Shown one piece after another: positions 17,700 through 28,659 of a DNA stretch of 64,000 nt. Source of the DNA: an uncultured Staphylococcaceae bacterium (lineage in GTDB: Bacteria; Bacillota_I; Bacilli_A; RFN20; CAG-826); NCBI GenBank assembly GCA_964608215.1, contig CAZSMV010000001.1, forward strand, positions 68,083 through 132,082, written 5' to 3'. The notes under the pieces were generated by a model. That model saw only the letters and a list, made by a program, of their open reading frames with translations, ran no database searches and was not told the DNA's origin. The translations under genes and the position numbers were made by a program. The stretch's first letter is position 1; each line of letters begins with the position of its first letter.

Positions 17700-18905
17700 T
17701 TATTTCTCCTTTACAGTAACTTTTACTGAACCATCTTTCATTTTTATATCTAAAATGTCATTTATAGTTATTTTATTTTTAGAATTAATGATATTTCCAT
17801 TTTTAAATATAATAGAATAACCTTTTGCTAATAGATTATTTGGATTTAAAGTTGATACTAAACTGTTAAAATTAATTAACTCTTTTTCACAAACAAGTAT
17901 TTTTCTAGAAACAATTTGATTTAAAATTTCTTTAAAATGTTTAATTTTTTCATCGATTCCATCGTATAAATTATGAATACTTATTAATGACTTTTTTGAT
18001 TTAATGATTAATAGTTTATTCTCTAAACTTTCAATTTTTTTATTTATTATCGAACCCGTTAAATTTTTAATTTGATTGAGTTCATCAATAATCTCATTTT
18101 TATCAGGAACAACAACTTCGGCTGCTCCTGTTGGTGTAGAAACATATTTATCTGCAACATAATCACAAATTGATCGATTTATTTCATGTCCTACTGCACT
18201 AATAATTGGGATTTTGCAATTATAAATTTCTTTAGCTAAATTTTCATCATCAAATGGTGTTAAATCTTCAATACTTCCACCACCACGACCAATAATTATC
18301 ACATCAGCCCCTGAGTTTTCAGCTTTTTTAAGATTTTTTATTAAATCTTTTGGTGCTTCAGTTCCTTGAACTAAACTGAAAAAAACAGTTATTTCAGATA
18401 TTGGAAATCGTCTATATATATTTGCAACCATATCTGCACAAGCAGCACTATTTTTACCAGTTATGATTGAAATATTTTTTGGGTATAAAGGAATTTGAAG
18501 TTTGTGTTTTTCATCAAAATATCCTTCTTTTTCAAGTTTTGTCATTAATTGCTTTTTTTGTAGCAAGATTGCACCTTCTCCGAACAGTTCAATCCTTTTT
18601 ACTATTATTTGATAAGTACCATTTGGCGGATATGAGGATATATTTCCATATAAAATGACATCATCACCATTTTTAGGCTCAAAAGTAAGTGAAAAAGTGT
18701 CATATTTAAACATTACAGCTTTTATTGCACTATTCTCATCTTTTATTGAAAAATATATGTGCCCACTTCTATTTTGACCAACATAATTGCTAATTTCGCC
18801 ATGCAAAGCAATATTTTGCAATGTTTTTGTATTATCAAAAAGAAGCTTAATATAATTATTAAGCTCACTTACTGAAATAAATTTGATATCTTTCTTTCCT
18901 ATCAT
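17700..18905 (-). CDS. xseA: exodeoxyribonuclease VII large subunit
   Basis: OB-fold N-terminus (VSELN.YIK..L) and GRGGGS motif. 401 aa. Confidence 0.85.
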   Translation of the reverse strand: MIGKKDIKFISVSELNNYIKLLFDNTKTLQNIALHGEISNYVGQNRSGHIYFSIKDENSAIKAVMFKYDTFSLTFEPKNGDDVILYGNISSYPPNGTYQIIVKRIELFGEGAILLQKKQLMTKLEKEGYFDEKHKLQIPLYPKNISIITGKNSAACADMVANIYRRFPISEITVFFSLVQGTEAPKDLIKNLKKAENSGADVIIIGRGGGSIEDLTPFDDENLAKEIYNCKIPIISAVGHEINRSICDYVADKYVSTPTGAAEVVVPDKNEIIDELNQIKNLTGSIINKKIESLENKLLIIKSKKSLISIHNLYDGIDEKIKHFKEILNQIVSRKILVCEKELINFNSLVSTLNPNNLLAKGYSIIFKNGNIINSKNKITINDILDIKMKDGSVKVTVKEK

Positions 18906-19324
18906 ATTAAAGTTTTATCAAGAATACCATTAACAAATTTATAGTCATTTCCTTCGCCGTATTTTTTTGCAAGTTTAACTGCTACATTTATGATAACGGC
19001 TTTTTCTTTGTTATTGCAAAAATAGTAATTACTATAGGCAAGAATTAAAATAGCTTGAATGCATGTATTTAATCTATTAAATTTCCAATTATTCAGATTG
19101 GAGGAAATATTTTCGATGATTTCGTTTTGATTTTTTAAAGCTTTAATTAACACTTCTTTTATGAACAAATCACATTCCTCATATGGCTTTTGAGATATAT
19201 CGCTAATTGTTTTCTCAACGTTTATAGTTTCATCAATTTCTTGTTGAATTAGAAAGTCATACATTATTTGCATAGCTAATTCATGGGCCTTATTACGAGA
19301 CCCATTTTCAATATTATTTTCCAC
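18902..19324 (-). CDS. nusB: transcription antitermination factor NusB
   Basis: 140-aa all-helical protein (ARE.A.Q.LY) at the nusB position of the asp23-nusB-xseAB block. It overlaps xseA by 4 nt. Confidence 0.8.
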   Translation of the reverse strand: MENNIENGSRNKAHELAMQIMYDFLIQQEIDETINVEKTISDISQKPYEECDLFIKEVLIKALKNQNEIIENISSNLNNWKFNRLNTCIQAILILAYSNYYFCNNKEKAVIINVAVKLAKKYGEGNDYKFVNGILDKTLI

Positions 19325-19328
19325 GAGA

Positions 19329-19655
19329 TTATTCCCCCTCTTCGGATGTTATCTTAACATTGATTTCAAAAGGAACAACTTCGCATATCATTAATAAATT
19401 ACTATTTATATAATCAGTAATACTTTTTTCAATATATTTAGCATCAATGCTAGCTTTTTTTGTTACGTAGAACTTATAAATAACTCTGTTTGAACGAATT
19501 ATTACATCAACATTATCGCTTATTTTAAAGCCTTTATCTTCGTTCTTTTCGCGAATGTAACTAACAACATGTTGTCCCAAAGTTACGAAAACGTCTCTAG
19601 ATATTCCTAGATCACCTTGACTTGTATAGTGTTGTAAATAAACATAACTTGGCAT
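19329..19655 (-). CDS. Asp23/Gls24-family (alkaline shock protein-like) protein
   Basis: 108 aa with the Asp23-fold pattern. It sits in the yqhY position upstream of nusB. Confidence 0.75.
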   Translation of the reverse strand: MPSYVYLQHYTSQGDLGISRDVFVTLGQHVVSYIREKNEDKGFKISDNVDVIIRSNRVIYKFYVTKKASIDAKYIEKSITDYINSNLLMICEVVPFEINVKITSEEGE

Positions 19656-19679
19656 ATTAATTAGTCCTTTCTGCGTCTA

Positions 19680-21677
19680 TTATTTTAGATGTTTTTCAAT
19701 GTATTTCGCAACATCTTCTTTAGTAAATTTAAAATATTTAAATAAATCATCCGCTTTTCCAGAAGCACCAAATTCATCAATTCCATAATTAAACTTGGCA
19801 TATTTACCCCATCCAAATGTAGAAGCCATTTCAAGAGATATGCGTTTATTGTAGTCTTTTCCAAGAATCTTTTCTTTATATGAATCGCTTTGTTTATCAA
19901 ATAAATACATTGAAGGCATTGAAACAACTCTAGAATCGATATTCTTTTGTTCTAATTCTTTTTTAGTTTCTAAGGCAAGAGAAACTTCGCTTCCAGTCGC
20001 GATAATTACAACATCAGGTTCTTTCTTTTTTGATTCTTCAACGATATAAGCGCCTTTTTTAACTCCTTCATAATTTGAAGATTTTTTAATTAATGGTAAT
20101 CCTTGACGAGAAATAATTATGCATGTAGGAGTTTTTGTAGATTCAAGGGCAAGTCTCCAAGCAGCATAAGTTTCTTTTGCATCACATGGTCTAAATACAT
20201 TTAAATTAGGAATGGCTCTTAAACCAGCTAATTGTTCTATTGGTTCATGAGTTGGTCCATCTTCGCCAACTGCAATTGAATCATGTGAAAATAAGAAAAT
20301 TTGTGGCAAGTGTTGTAATGACGCCATTCTAATTGCATTTTTTGCATAATCGCTAAATATCAAGAAACATCCAACATAAGTTCTCAATCCGCCATGAAGT
20401 AAAATGCCATTGCTAGCTGCACACATTAAAAATTCTCTAATGCCCCAATTTATATTTGTTCCGCCTCTATTGTCTGGAGTGTAATTTACTCCATTTTCTA
20501 ATTTTGTCATAACGCTTCCGGCAACATCAGCACTACCGCCAACTAAGTTAGGAAGTAATTTATGGTAGAAATTTAGTACTTTTTGAGAAGTTATTCTAGT
20601 AGATTCTTTTTCATTTTCATTCATTGAAAGATGTTTTGCGTTTAAATACTCATTGACATCATTTGTTGACAAATCGAATAATTTTTTATAAGTGTGAGCA
20701 TCATTTTCTTGTAAAATTTTAAGCATGGCTTCGTGTTTTTTAAATGCTCTTGTTCCTCTAGAAATAAAAGTATCTTTGAAAACTTTATATACTTCATCTG
20801 GAATTGTGAATGCTGGATAATCAAATCCATAAACTTCCTTTGCATGTTTCCCATCTTCTTCTCCTAATGGGGCTCCATGAACTTTTGAAGTGCCTTCATT
20901 TTTACTTCCGTAACCGATTATAGTGTTAAAAACCACAAGAGTAGGATTACTATTTATAAAGCTTTTTGCTTTAAGCAAGGCTTTTTTTATTTCTTTAACA
21001 TTATTTCCATTTTTACATTGAACGACATTCCAACCTGCAGATTCAAACCTTAAGACTACATCTTCATTTTGCGATTGTGAAAGAGGACCATCTAACGTAA
21101 CGTTATTTTTATCATAAAGAAGAATCAATTTGCTTAATTTTTGAAGACCAGCATATTGAAGTGCTTCCTGACTAATTCCTTCTTCTAAACAACCATCACC
21201 ACATAAGACATATGTGTAATGGTTATAAATTTTTTCATCATATAGTTTGCACAACATTGTTTCTGCCATTGCCATGCCTACACCATGTGCAATGCCTTGA
21301 CCCAAAGGCCCACTTGTAGCATCAACCCCAGCAGTATGATACACTTCAGGATGTCCTGGCGTTTTACTGCCAATAACTCTAAATTTCTTTAAATCATCAG
21401 TAGAAATGTCATAACCTGCAAGATGCAAAACAGTATAAAGCAAAATTGATGCATGACCTGCTGAAAGAATGAATCTATCGCGGTTAATCCAATCAGGATG
21501 TTTTGGGTCTGCAACTAAAAAATCTTTAAATAACTCATAAACAATTGGTGCACTACTTATGGCCATTCCTGGATGTCCTGACTTATTTAAATTAATGCAA
21601 TCAATACAATAACTTCTAATTGTCGCAATAGCTAATTGATCAATGTTTTTTGGATCTTTAAGGTTAATTTTTTTCAT
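19680..21677 (-). CDS. tkt: transketolase
   Basis: GHPGMAISSAPIVYELF and the TPP-binding motifs. 665 aa. Confidence 0.9.
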   Translation of the reverse strand: MKKINLKDPKNIDQLAIATIRSYCIDCINLNKSGHPGMAISSAPIVYELFKDFLVADPKHPDWINRDRFILSAGHASILLYTVLHLAGYDISTDDLKKFRVIGSKTPGHPEVYHTAGVDATSGPLGQGIAHGVGMAMAETMLCKLYDEKIYNHYTYVLCGDGCLEEGISQEALQYAGLQKLSKLILLYDKNNVTLDGPLSQSQNEDVVLRFESAGWNVVQCKNGNNVKEIKKALLKAKSFINSNPTLVVFNTIIGYGSKNEGTSKVHGAPLGEEDGKHAKEVYGFDYPAFTIPDEVYKVFKDTFISRGTRAFKKHEAMLKILQENDAHTYKKLFDLSTNDVNEYLNAKHLSMNENEKESTRITSQKVLNFYHKLLPNLVGGSADVAGSVMTKLENGVNYTPDNRGGTNINWGIREFLMCAASNGILLHGGLRTYVGCFLIFSDYAKNAIRMASLQHLPQIFLFSHDSIAVGEDGPTHEPIEQLAGLRAIPNLNVFRPCDAKETYAAWRLALESTKTPTCIIISRQGLPLIKKSSNYEGVKKGAYIVEESKKKEPDVVIIATGSEVSLALETKKELEQKNIDSRVVSMPSMYLFDKQSDSYKEKILGKDYNKRISLEMASTFGWGKYAKFNYGIDEFGASGKADDLFKYFKFTKEDVAKYIEKHLK

Positions 21678-23423
21678 TTATTTCTCCTCATCGGTAATTT
21701 TTAAGCCAAGTTCCTTAAGTTGTTCTTCACTAACTGGACGAGGAGCATTCGTCATTGGACACACTGCACTTAGATTTTTTGGGAATGCTATTACATCACG
21801 AATATTATCTGTTCCACTCAAAATCATTGTAAGTCTATCAAGCCCAAATGCTAAACCTCCATGTGGAGGAGTTCCATATTTTAAAGCCTCAACAAACCAT
21901 CCGAACTTTTTTTCTATATCTTCATCGCTAACACCTAGTACTTCAAAAATGGTTTTTTGTAAGTCTTGATCATATATTCTTAAAGTACCACCACCAGCTT
22001 CATAGCCATTAATAACTATATCATATGCATATGAATAAACTTCTTCTGGATGAGTCTTTAATTTGTCTAGATCTTCATCGCAAGGTCTTGTAAATGGGTG
22101 ATGTTCAGCAACAATTTTTCCATCTTCACTAACTCCAAATAATGGGAATTTTGTAACCCAAAGCAAATCATATGTATTTGGCTTGATTAATCCTAATTTA
22201 TACGCCAATTCTTCTCTTAAAGCTCCAAGTCCAAAATAAACATTCTTTTTATTATTTCCAGCTGCAACAAAAATAACATCACCATCTTTTGCGTTCATTT
22301 TCTGTTTAAGTTCATTTAAGATTTCGGGGGTATAAAATTTTGATAAACTACTAGAAATCAACTGATTTTCTACTTTAAATACACCAAATGATTTCATATT
22401 AAATTTATTTGCTAATAAATTGTATTCATCGATTTTTTTTCTTGATGTTTCGGATGCAATTCCATCAACCTTGATTGCATTAATAAATTTTGCAGTTTTA
22501 TAAGTTTCAAATTCACCCTTTTCAAGAATTTGTTTTACATCTTCAAGTAGCATACCAAATCTAGTATCTGGTTTATCGCTCCCATATTTAGATACAGCTT
22601 CATCATATGGCATTCTTCTTAAAGGCACTTTTACATCATAGTTTATTGTTTCTTTAAAAATCTTTTTCAATAAATTTTCTGCAATAGTTAAGATTTGATC
22701 TTCATTTAGAAATGACATTTCAAGATCAATTTGAGTAAAGTCAGGTTGTCTATCTGCTCTTAAATCTTCATCTCTAAAACATTTTGCAATTTGATAATAT
22801 CTTTCAAAGCCAGAAACCATCAATAATTGCTTGTATAATTGTGGAGATTGTGGCAATGCATAAAAACATCCATGATGTACTCTTGAAGGTACAAGATATT
22901 CTTTTGCGCCTTCTGGCGAAGATAATGTTAATGTTGGAGTTTCAATTTCTAGGAAATCAAGTGAATCCAAATATTCATGAACGCATTTAACAATTTTTGC
23001 ACGAACAAAAAAACGTTTCTGCATCACAAGTCTTCTTAAATCAAGATAACGATATTTTAAACGTATATCTTCTAAAGCATCGGTATCATCCGCAATAATA
23101 ATTGGTGGTTGGGCAGCCGTGTTTATAATTTTCACTTCACTTGCAACAACTTCCACTTCACCAGTTGCTAAATTTTTATTAGGTTGATCTTTTTTGGCTA
23201 CAACACCATGAACAGAAATAACATATTCATTACGAATATCAGGTACTTTTATTTCATCAGTTTTAATTGTGACCTGAACAATTCCCCATCTGTCTCTTAG
23301 ATCAATAAAAAGTAGGCTCCCAAGGTTTCTTCTTTTGGCGACCCAACCTAAAATATCAACTTCTTTTCCTACATCATTTATTCTTAATTCACCACAATGG
23401 TGGCTTCTTTTGTATTCTTCCAT
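21678..23423 (-). CDS. aspS: aspartyl-tRNA synthetase
   Basis: Class II aaRS motifs with an N-terminal OB anticodon-binding domain. 581 aa, in the hisS-aspS arrangement. Confidence 0.9.
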   Translation of the reverse strand: MEEYKRSHHCGELRINDVGKEVDILGWVAKRRNLGSLLFIDLRDRWGIVQVTIKTDEIKVPDIRNEYVISVHGVVAKKDQPNKNLATGEVEVVASEVKIINTAAQPPIIIADDTDALEDIRLKYRYLDLRRLVMQKRFFVRAKIVKCVHEYLDSLDFLEIETPTLTLSSPEGAKEYLVPSRVHHGCFYALPQSPQLYKQLLMVSGFERYYQIAKCFRDEDLRADRQPDFTQIDLEMSFLNEDQILTIAENLLKKIFKETINYDVKVPLRRMPYDEAVSKYGSDKPDTRFGMLLEDVKQILEKGEFETYKTAKFINAIKVDGIASETSRKKIDEYNLLANKFNMKSFGVFKVENQLISSSLSKFYTPEILNELKQKMNAKDGDVIFVAAGNNKKNVYFGLGALREELAYKLGLIKPNTYDLLWVTKFPLFGVSEDGKIVAEHHPFTRPCDEDLDKLKTHPEEVYSYAYDIVINGYEAGGGTLRIYDQDLQKTIFEVLGVSDEDIEKKFGWFVEALKYGTPPHGGLAFGLDRLTMILSGTDNIRDVIAFPKNLSAVCPMTNAPRPVSEEQLKELGLKITDEEK

Positions 23424-23440
23424 AATATTCCTTTTCTATT

Positions 23441-24748
23441 TTATTGGTGATTATGATGGTGTTCTTCTTCATCTTCACCAAATAATTTATCAATTGTTTT
23501 GAGTAGATCATCATTTTTTACGGTTATTTGTTCTTGTGAAACCATATTTTTAAGTTGAACTTCTTTATTCTTAAGTTCATTTTCGCCAATTAAAATTGCA
23601 TATAATGCTTCTCTTCTTTCGGCTTTCTTAAACATTTGACCAACACCTTTATGTTCTAAACAAGTATCAGTAGAATAACCTTGAAGTCTTAAAAACATTG
23701 AAAGTTTTAATGCTTCTTTTGTACATTCATCTCCAATTGGCATTACATAAAAATCAAGCGGTACGTCGGTAACTTCTTCAGGAAATAGATGATCATCTTC
23801 CATTAAAAGAACAAGTCTTTCAATACCAAACGCAAATCCAATTCCTTGTAGTTCTGGTCCGCCGCATTCTTTTACAAGATTGTTATAGTGACCTCCACCA
23901 CCTAAAGCACCATAATCTTTCCCTTCATTTGAAGTATAGTGATATTCAAAAACTACTCCTGAATAATAATCAAGACCTCTAACAAGATTATGATCTATTT
24001 CATAATCTATTTCGTTTTCTTTTAAAAAATCTTTGATTATCTCAAAAGATTTTTTACTTTCATCAGAATAATAATCTTCGATTGAAGGAGCATTTTTATT
24101 TATCTCAATATCGCGTTCAACTTTGCAATCTAATATTCTTAAGACATTCAATTTATAACGTTCTTTGCAATCTTCACACATTTCATCAAGATGCTTTCCA
24201 TAATATTCTCTTAAAGCATTTTGATAATTTTCTCTTGTTTCTTTATCTCCTAAAGAGTTAATCTTTAATTTAATGTTTTTGAAACCTAACAACTTAAGAC
24301 AATAATATCCTAGCAAAATAACTTCAACATCTTGATAAACAGACGTTACACCTACGCTTTCAACGCCAAATTGATTAAATTGTCTATAACGTCCTTGTTG
24401 AGGTCTCTCGTACCTAAAACATGGTCCAACATAATAAGCTTTAATTGGAAAATCTTGCATAGCAAAAACTTTATTCATTACCATCGATCGCATGATTCCA
24501 GCAGTAATTTCAGGTCTTAAAGTAATAGAACGACCACCTTTGTCTTCAAAAGTATACATTTCTTTTCTAACAATATCGCTACTTTCTCCAGTTGATCTTA
24601 AAAAGAGTTCACTATACTCCATAATTGGAGTTCTAAATTCTTTAAAATTATATGTTTCAGCAACTTTTGACAACAATTCTTCGACATAACTATATTTTGA
24701 AGCATCTTTTAAAATAATGTCATGAGTACCTTTAACAATATTAAACAT
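23441..24748 (-). CDS. hisS: histidyl-tRNA synthetase
   Basis: Class II HisRS (RPEITAGI, GGGRYD-like). 435 aa with a His-rich C-terminal tail (EEHHHNHQ). Confidence 0.9.
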   Translation of the reverse strand: MFNIVKGTHDIILKDASKYSYVEELLSKVAETYNFKEFRTPIMEYSELFLRSTGESSDIVRKEMYTFEDKGGRSITLRPEITAGIMRSMVMNKVFAMQDFPIKAYYVGPCFRYERPQQGRYRQFNQFGVESVGVTSVYQDVEVILLGYYCLKLLGFKNIKLKINSLGDKETRENYQNALREYYGKHLDEMCEDCKERYKLNVLRILDCKVERDIEINKNAPSIEDYYSDESKKSFEIIKDFLKENEIDYEIDHNLVRGLDYYSGVVFEYHYTSNEGKDYGALGGGGHYNNLVKECGGPELQGIGFAFGIERLVLLMEDDHLFPEEVTDVPLDFYVMPIGDECTKEALKLSMFLRLQGYSTDTCLEHKGVGQMFKKAERREALYAILIGENELKNKEVQLKNMVSQEQITVKNDDLLKTIDKLFGEDEEEHHHNHQ

Positions 24749-24812
24749 AATAAAACCTCTTTCTTAATTATAAATAATTAAGAGCAAATAATAAAGCAAA
24801 TATCGAATGATT

Positions 24813-27038
24813 TTAATGAATTACGCGTTTAATGTCGTAAATACTACTAATATTTTTTAGGCTTTGGAAAATTGAATTAAGCATGTTGACATCAGTAACA
24901 TAAATTTGACATAAAATAGTGACTGTGTCTGTATCTTGGTGCATTTTCGCACTAAATTCTGTAACTTTTATTTTAAATGTTGATAGACAATTCATAACAT
25001 CGGTTACCAATTCATTTCTATCATTGCACTCAATTGATAGATCAACAGGATAAGTACCACTTAAATTATGTTTCCAATAGACATCGATTAAACGTGCATT
25101 TTCTCCTCTAATATTTGGACAATCTTTTCTATGAACAGTTACGCCCATTCCTTTTGTAATATATCCAACGATATTATCACCTGGAATTGGTGTGCAACAA
25201 TTTCCCAAATTTACTTTAACTCCTTCACCATTTTCAATATAAACAGGCGAATCATATTCGTTAATTGCTTCTTTTTTAGTTATAATTACTTCTTTTTTTA
25301 TTTTCTTTTTGTAACCCAAAAAATCTAAGACAGCACTAGCTGTAGGGTTCTTTTTGCTAATATTAAAGAAAAGTTCATCAATAGTAGGACAATGGTAATT
25401 ATCTAGTACATTTGTAGTATCTAATAATTCATTTACTTTATCTACATCAATGTCTCTTTCCTTAAAAGCTGCAATGCATAATTCTTTGCCTTTAGCAATT
25501 CCTGAACTTTTGAGATCAACATTTTGTTTTTGCAAGAATTTTTTAATATGAGATTTTGCACTACTAGTTTTAACAAAATCAAGCCAATCTTGATTAGGAC
25601 CTGGTGAAGTCTTACTTGTTTTTATTTCGACTACATCACCAGTTTTTAAAACTGTACTTAATGGGACCATTATATTATTAACTGTTGCACCAACGGCACT
25701 ATCACCAACTTTTGTATGTATTTTATAAGCCATATCAAGTGGAGTTGATCCAGCAGGTAAATCTATAACTTTGCCTTTTGGAGTGAATACAAAAATGTTT
25801 GCATCAAAAATATCTTTTGAAAGATTGTCTAAATATTCTTGTGCATTTGCATCTGTGTTTTCATTTGAAATAGACACAAAATCTCTGAACCAATGCAGTT
25901 TTTCTTCGATATCGTGTTGTTCTGTTTTTGGATCGTAATGTTCCCCCTCTTTGTATCGCCAATGAGCCGCAACTCCAGTTTCTGCAACTTCATCCATTTC
26001 TTTTGTTCTTATTTGAACCTCAAAAATATTTCCATCGCCAGAAATTATTGTGGTATGTAATGATTGATACATATTACTTTTTGGCACTGCAATATAATCT
26101 TTAAATCTTCCAGGTAATGGACGATATTCTTGATGGATAAGACCAAGTAATTCATAGCAATGCAACGTAGTATCAGTAATTATTCTTAATGCTAAAACAT
26201 CATAAATTTCATCAAATTTACGACCTTTTACATACATTTTTTTGTAAATTGAATAAATTGATTTGATTCTTGATTCTATATCAAAAGGAATATTTGCATT
26301 GAATGCAATATCTCCTAGTTTCTTTTTAAAGTTATTTAAAGCTTTGCCTCTTTCTTTTACTCTTTTACTTACTAAACTATTTATTTGTTCATAAATTTCT
26401 GGTTTTAAAACTTTTAAGGATAGATCTTCAAGTTCACTTTCAACTCTATAAATACCTAAACGATGGGCTATAGGCGCAAAAACTTCTAAGGTTTCTGTCG
26501 CTAAAGCTTCTTGTCTATTTAGAGCTAAAGATGAAATTGTTCGCATATTGTGCAATCTATCAGCTAGTTTGATAATGATAACACGGACATCCTTTGCCAT
26601 TCCAAGAAAAATTTTTCGATGGTCTTCGGCTTCAAATTCTTCTTGTGTTCTATGAGATAATTTTAATCTTTGAATTTTTGTTAAAGAATCAACAATTTTA
26701 GAACAATCCGAACCAAACATTTCGCTAATAGTTTCAACAGAAGTGTCGGTATCTTCGACTACGTCATGTAAAAATGCAGCTTCTATTGTAACTGGTCCAG
26801 CTTGTAATTGTGCACAAATATAAGCAACTTCAATAAGGTGCTGAACATATGGTTCACCACTTTTTCTAAAAATTCCCTCATGTTTTTTATAAGCAAAATC
26901 ATATGCTTTTTTAATTGCAACACGATCGTCTTCGTTATGAATATAAAGAAAACATAATTCCTTTACGTCTTCATAAGTATGCATTGGATAGCCTCCATTT
27001 GGCAGGAGTTTTATTTTTTTGTTTTTTAATTCTTCCAT
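24813..27038 (-). CDS. relA: bifunctional (p)ppGpp synthetase/hydrolase Rel
   Basis: HD hydrolase domain (HLIEVA...HDVVEDT), synthetase domain, and TGS/ACT C-terminus. 741 aa. Confidence 0.9.
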   Translation of the reverse strand: MEELKNKKIKLLPNGGYPMHTYEDVKELCFLYIHNEDDRVAIKKAYDFAYKKHEGIFRKSGEPYVQHLIEVAYICAQLQAGPVTIEAAFLHDVVEDTDTSVETISEMFGSDCSKIVDSLTKIQRLKLSHRTQEEFEAEDHRKIFLGMAKDVRVIIIKLADRLHNMRTISSLALNRQEALATETLEVFAPIAHRLGIYRVESELEDLSLKVLKPEIYEQINSLVSKRVKERGKALNNFKKKLGDIAFNANIPFDIESRIKSIYSIYKKMYVKGRKFDEIYDVLALRIITDTTLHCYELLGLIHQEYRPLPGRFKDYIAVPKSNMYQSLHTTIISGDGNIFEVQIRTKEMDEVAETGVAAHWRYKEGEHYDPKTEQHDIEEKLHWFRDFVSISNENTDANAQEYLDNLSKDIFDANIFVFTPKGKVIDLPAGSTPLDMAYKIHTKVGDSAVGATVNNIMVPLSTVLKTGDVVEIKTSKTSPGPNQDWLDFVKTSSAKSHIKKFLQKQNVDLKSSGIAKGKELCIAAFKERDIDVDKVNELLDTTNVLDNYHCPTIDELFFNISKKNPTASAVLDFLGYKKKIKKEVIITKKEAINEYDSPVYIENGEGVKVNLGNCCTPIPGDNIVGYITKGMGVTVHRKDCPNIRGENARLIDVYWKHNLSGTYPVDLSIECNDRNELVTDVMNCLSTFKIKVTEFSAKMHQDTDTVTILCQIYVTDVNMLNSIFQSLKNISSIYDIKRVIH

Positions 27039-27055
27039 ATTTAATATTCTACTCT

Positions 27056-28624
27056 TTAAATGATTTTAGAAAACGATAAAACTTTAAATTGAATTGTTGC
27101 TTGTCCTTTAAAGTAATTAATATCAAATTCTCCAATAAGGTTTATAAATTCTTCTTCAAATAATTTCTTATCAAAATTAAAATAAACAATTGTTGCGTTT
27201 GGATTTAATTTTGTATAGATATGTTCACCACTTTTATTTTTTTGCAAAAAATTAGTTCTTATTCCTTTAATGATAAATTTTGGAGCTTCAAAATCATATC
27301 CAAAAGGTGAAATTTTATTCAAAATATCATAATTTTCTTTAGAAATTTCTCCTAAATTTATTTCAATATAATTATCATCTTTTTCTAAAAATGGATGTTT
27401 TGTAGCTGCCATTTCAAATCTTGTTTTAAATTCCTCAAGGTGCGATTTTTCAATAGAAAGTCCGCCAGCATTTTCATGTCCACCATATGTATTTAGAATA
27501 TCTTTTAAATCTTCAAGAATAATATTTATACTAAAACCATTTTTACTTCTTAAACTACCTTTATAAATATTTGGATTTTTAATCTCTTCAACTAAAACCA
27601 CTGATGGTTTTTTGTATTCTTGCATAAATTTGTTTGCAAGAAGTCCTGTAAGTCCTTCTTTTACATTCTCTTCTATAACTACTATTGAGTTTCTAGAATT
27701 ATCAATTATGTTTTTGCTAATGATATCCGAAACCATTTCTTTTCTTAAGGTATTTATTGATTCAATCCATTTTACTTTTTTATTTATGTAGTCTTCATCA
27801 TTAAAATTAATAAAATATCTTACTATATCAAATAAACTATTATCACTTATAAGTCGACCAATAGCGTTTATTTTTGGAGCAACAAGCATTGAAATATCTT
27901 TTTCATTTATTAATCCTTCTTTTTTATTGATTAATGAACAAATATTCAAATATTTGTTTTTATTTATTATGTTTAATCCAAGTATTGTAATAATTCTATT
28001 TTTTTCGTGTAAAGGCATTAAATCACTAATTGTTGAAATTGATGCTAATGAAAGGAGATATTCATCAATCAAACCTAAATAAGCAATACTAAAAAAGAAA
28101 CACACCGTTCCAGCAGACATATTTATATCCGAAAATCCGCTTATTGTTGGATGCAAAATAAATTTTGCTTTTGGCAAATCCTCATCATTAATATGATGAT
28201 CAAAAATAATCACTTCTATCCCTAAAGACTTTGCATAATCAACTTCATCATTTAGTTTAATCCCATTATCAACTAGGATTAAGACTTTATATCCAAGATT
28301 ATTAAATTTATCAATATTTTCTTTAGTCAATCCATAGCCATCGGTTTCTCTAAAAGGAATATAAAATCCTGGAGTAAAATTATCATTTTTTAATGTTAAA
28401 TATGTGATTGAAGTTGACATAATTCCATCACAATCATAATCTCCGTAAATCAATATTTTTGTTTTATTTAAAATTAATTTATGAAGATAATCAGCGCATT
28501 CTTTAATATTTTTGTAACCTAAATAATCTGGTAAATCATCAAGATTTATTTCTTTTGATAGTTCATCATAATCTTTCTCGGTTAATTTATAATATTCCAA
28601 TATTTTTTCTTTAAAGTTTTTCAT
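27056..28624 (-). CDS. recJ: RecJ-like DHH/DHHA1 single-stranded DNA exonuclease (short form, no C-terminal OB domain)
   Basis: GDYDCDGIMS (the DHH motif I context) and GGHENAGG (DHHA1). It lies between secDF and rel as Bacillus recJ does. Confidence 0.7.
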   Translation of the reverse strand: MKNFKEKILEYYKLTEKDYDELSKEINLDDLPDYLGYKNIKECADYLHKLILNKTKILIYGDYDCDGIMSTSITYLTLKNDNFTPGFYIPFRETDGYGLTKENIDKFNNLGYKVLILVDNGIKLNDEVDYAKSLGIEVIIFDHHINDEDLPKAKFILHPTISGFSDINMSAGTVCFFFSIAYLGLIDEYLLSLASISTISDLMPLHEKNRIITILGLNIINKNKYLNICSLINKKEGLINEKDISMLVAPKINAIGRLISDNSLFDIVRYFINFNDEDYINKKVKWIESINTLRKEMVSDIISKNIIDNSRNSIVVIEENVKEGLTGLLANKFMQEYKKPSVVLVEEIKNPNIYKGSLRSKNGFSINIILEDLKDILNTYGGHENAGGLSIEKSHLEEFKTRFEMAATKHPFLEKDDNYIEINLGEISKENYDILNKISPFGYDFEAPKFIIKGIRTNFLQKNKSGEHIYTKLNPNATIVYFNFDKKLFEEEFINLIGEFDINYFKGQATIQFKVLSFSKII

Positions 28625-28625
28625 A

Positions 28626-28653
28626 TTTATAAAAGGCCACTTAATCAGTGGCC
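28626..28653 (-). terminator. GC-rich hairpin downstream of secDF
   Basis: GGCCACT-taat-CAGTGGCC. The minus strand is followed by TTTTAT. Confidence 0.6.
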
Positions 28654-28659
28654 ATAATT

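Noticed and set aside
24749-24812. Possible T-box or leader in front of hisS-aspS, and similarly in front of valS and aspS
   Set aside because: The gaps are 64 nt or less, so there is no room for a ~250-nt leader. No GGTGGTACCGCG-like T-box sequence is present, only a short hairpin (CTTAATTAT-aa-ATAATTAAG) and an SD.
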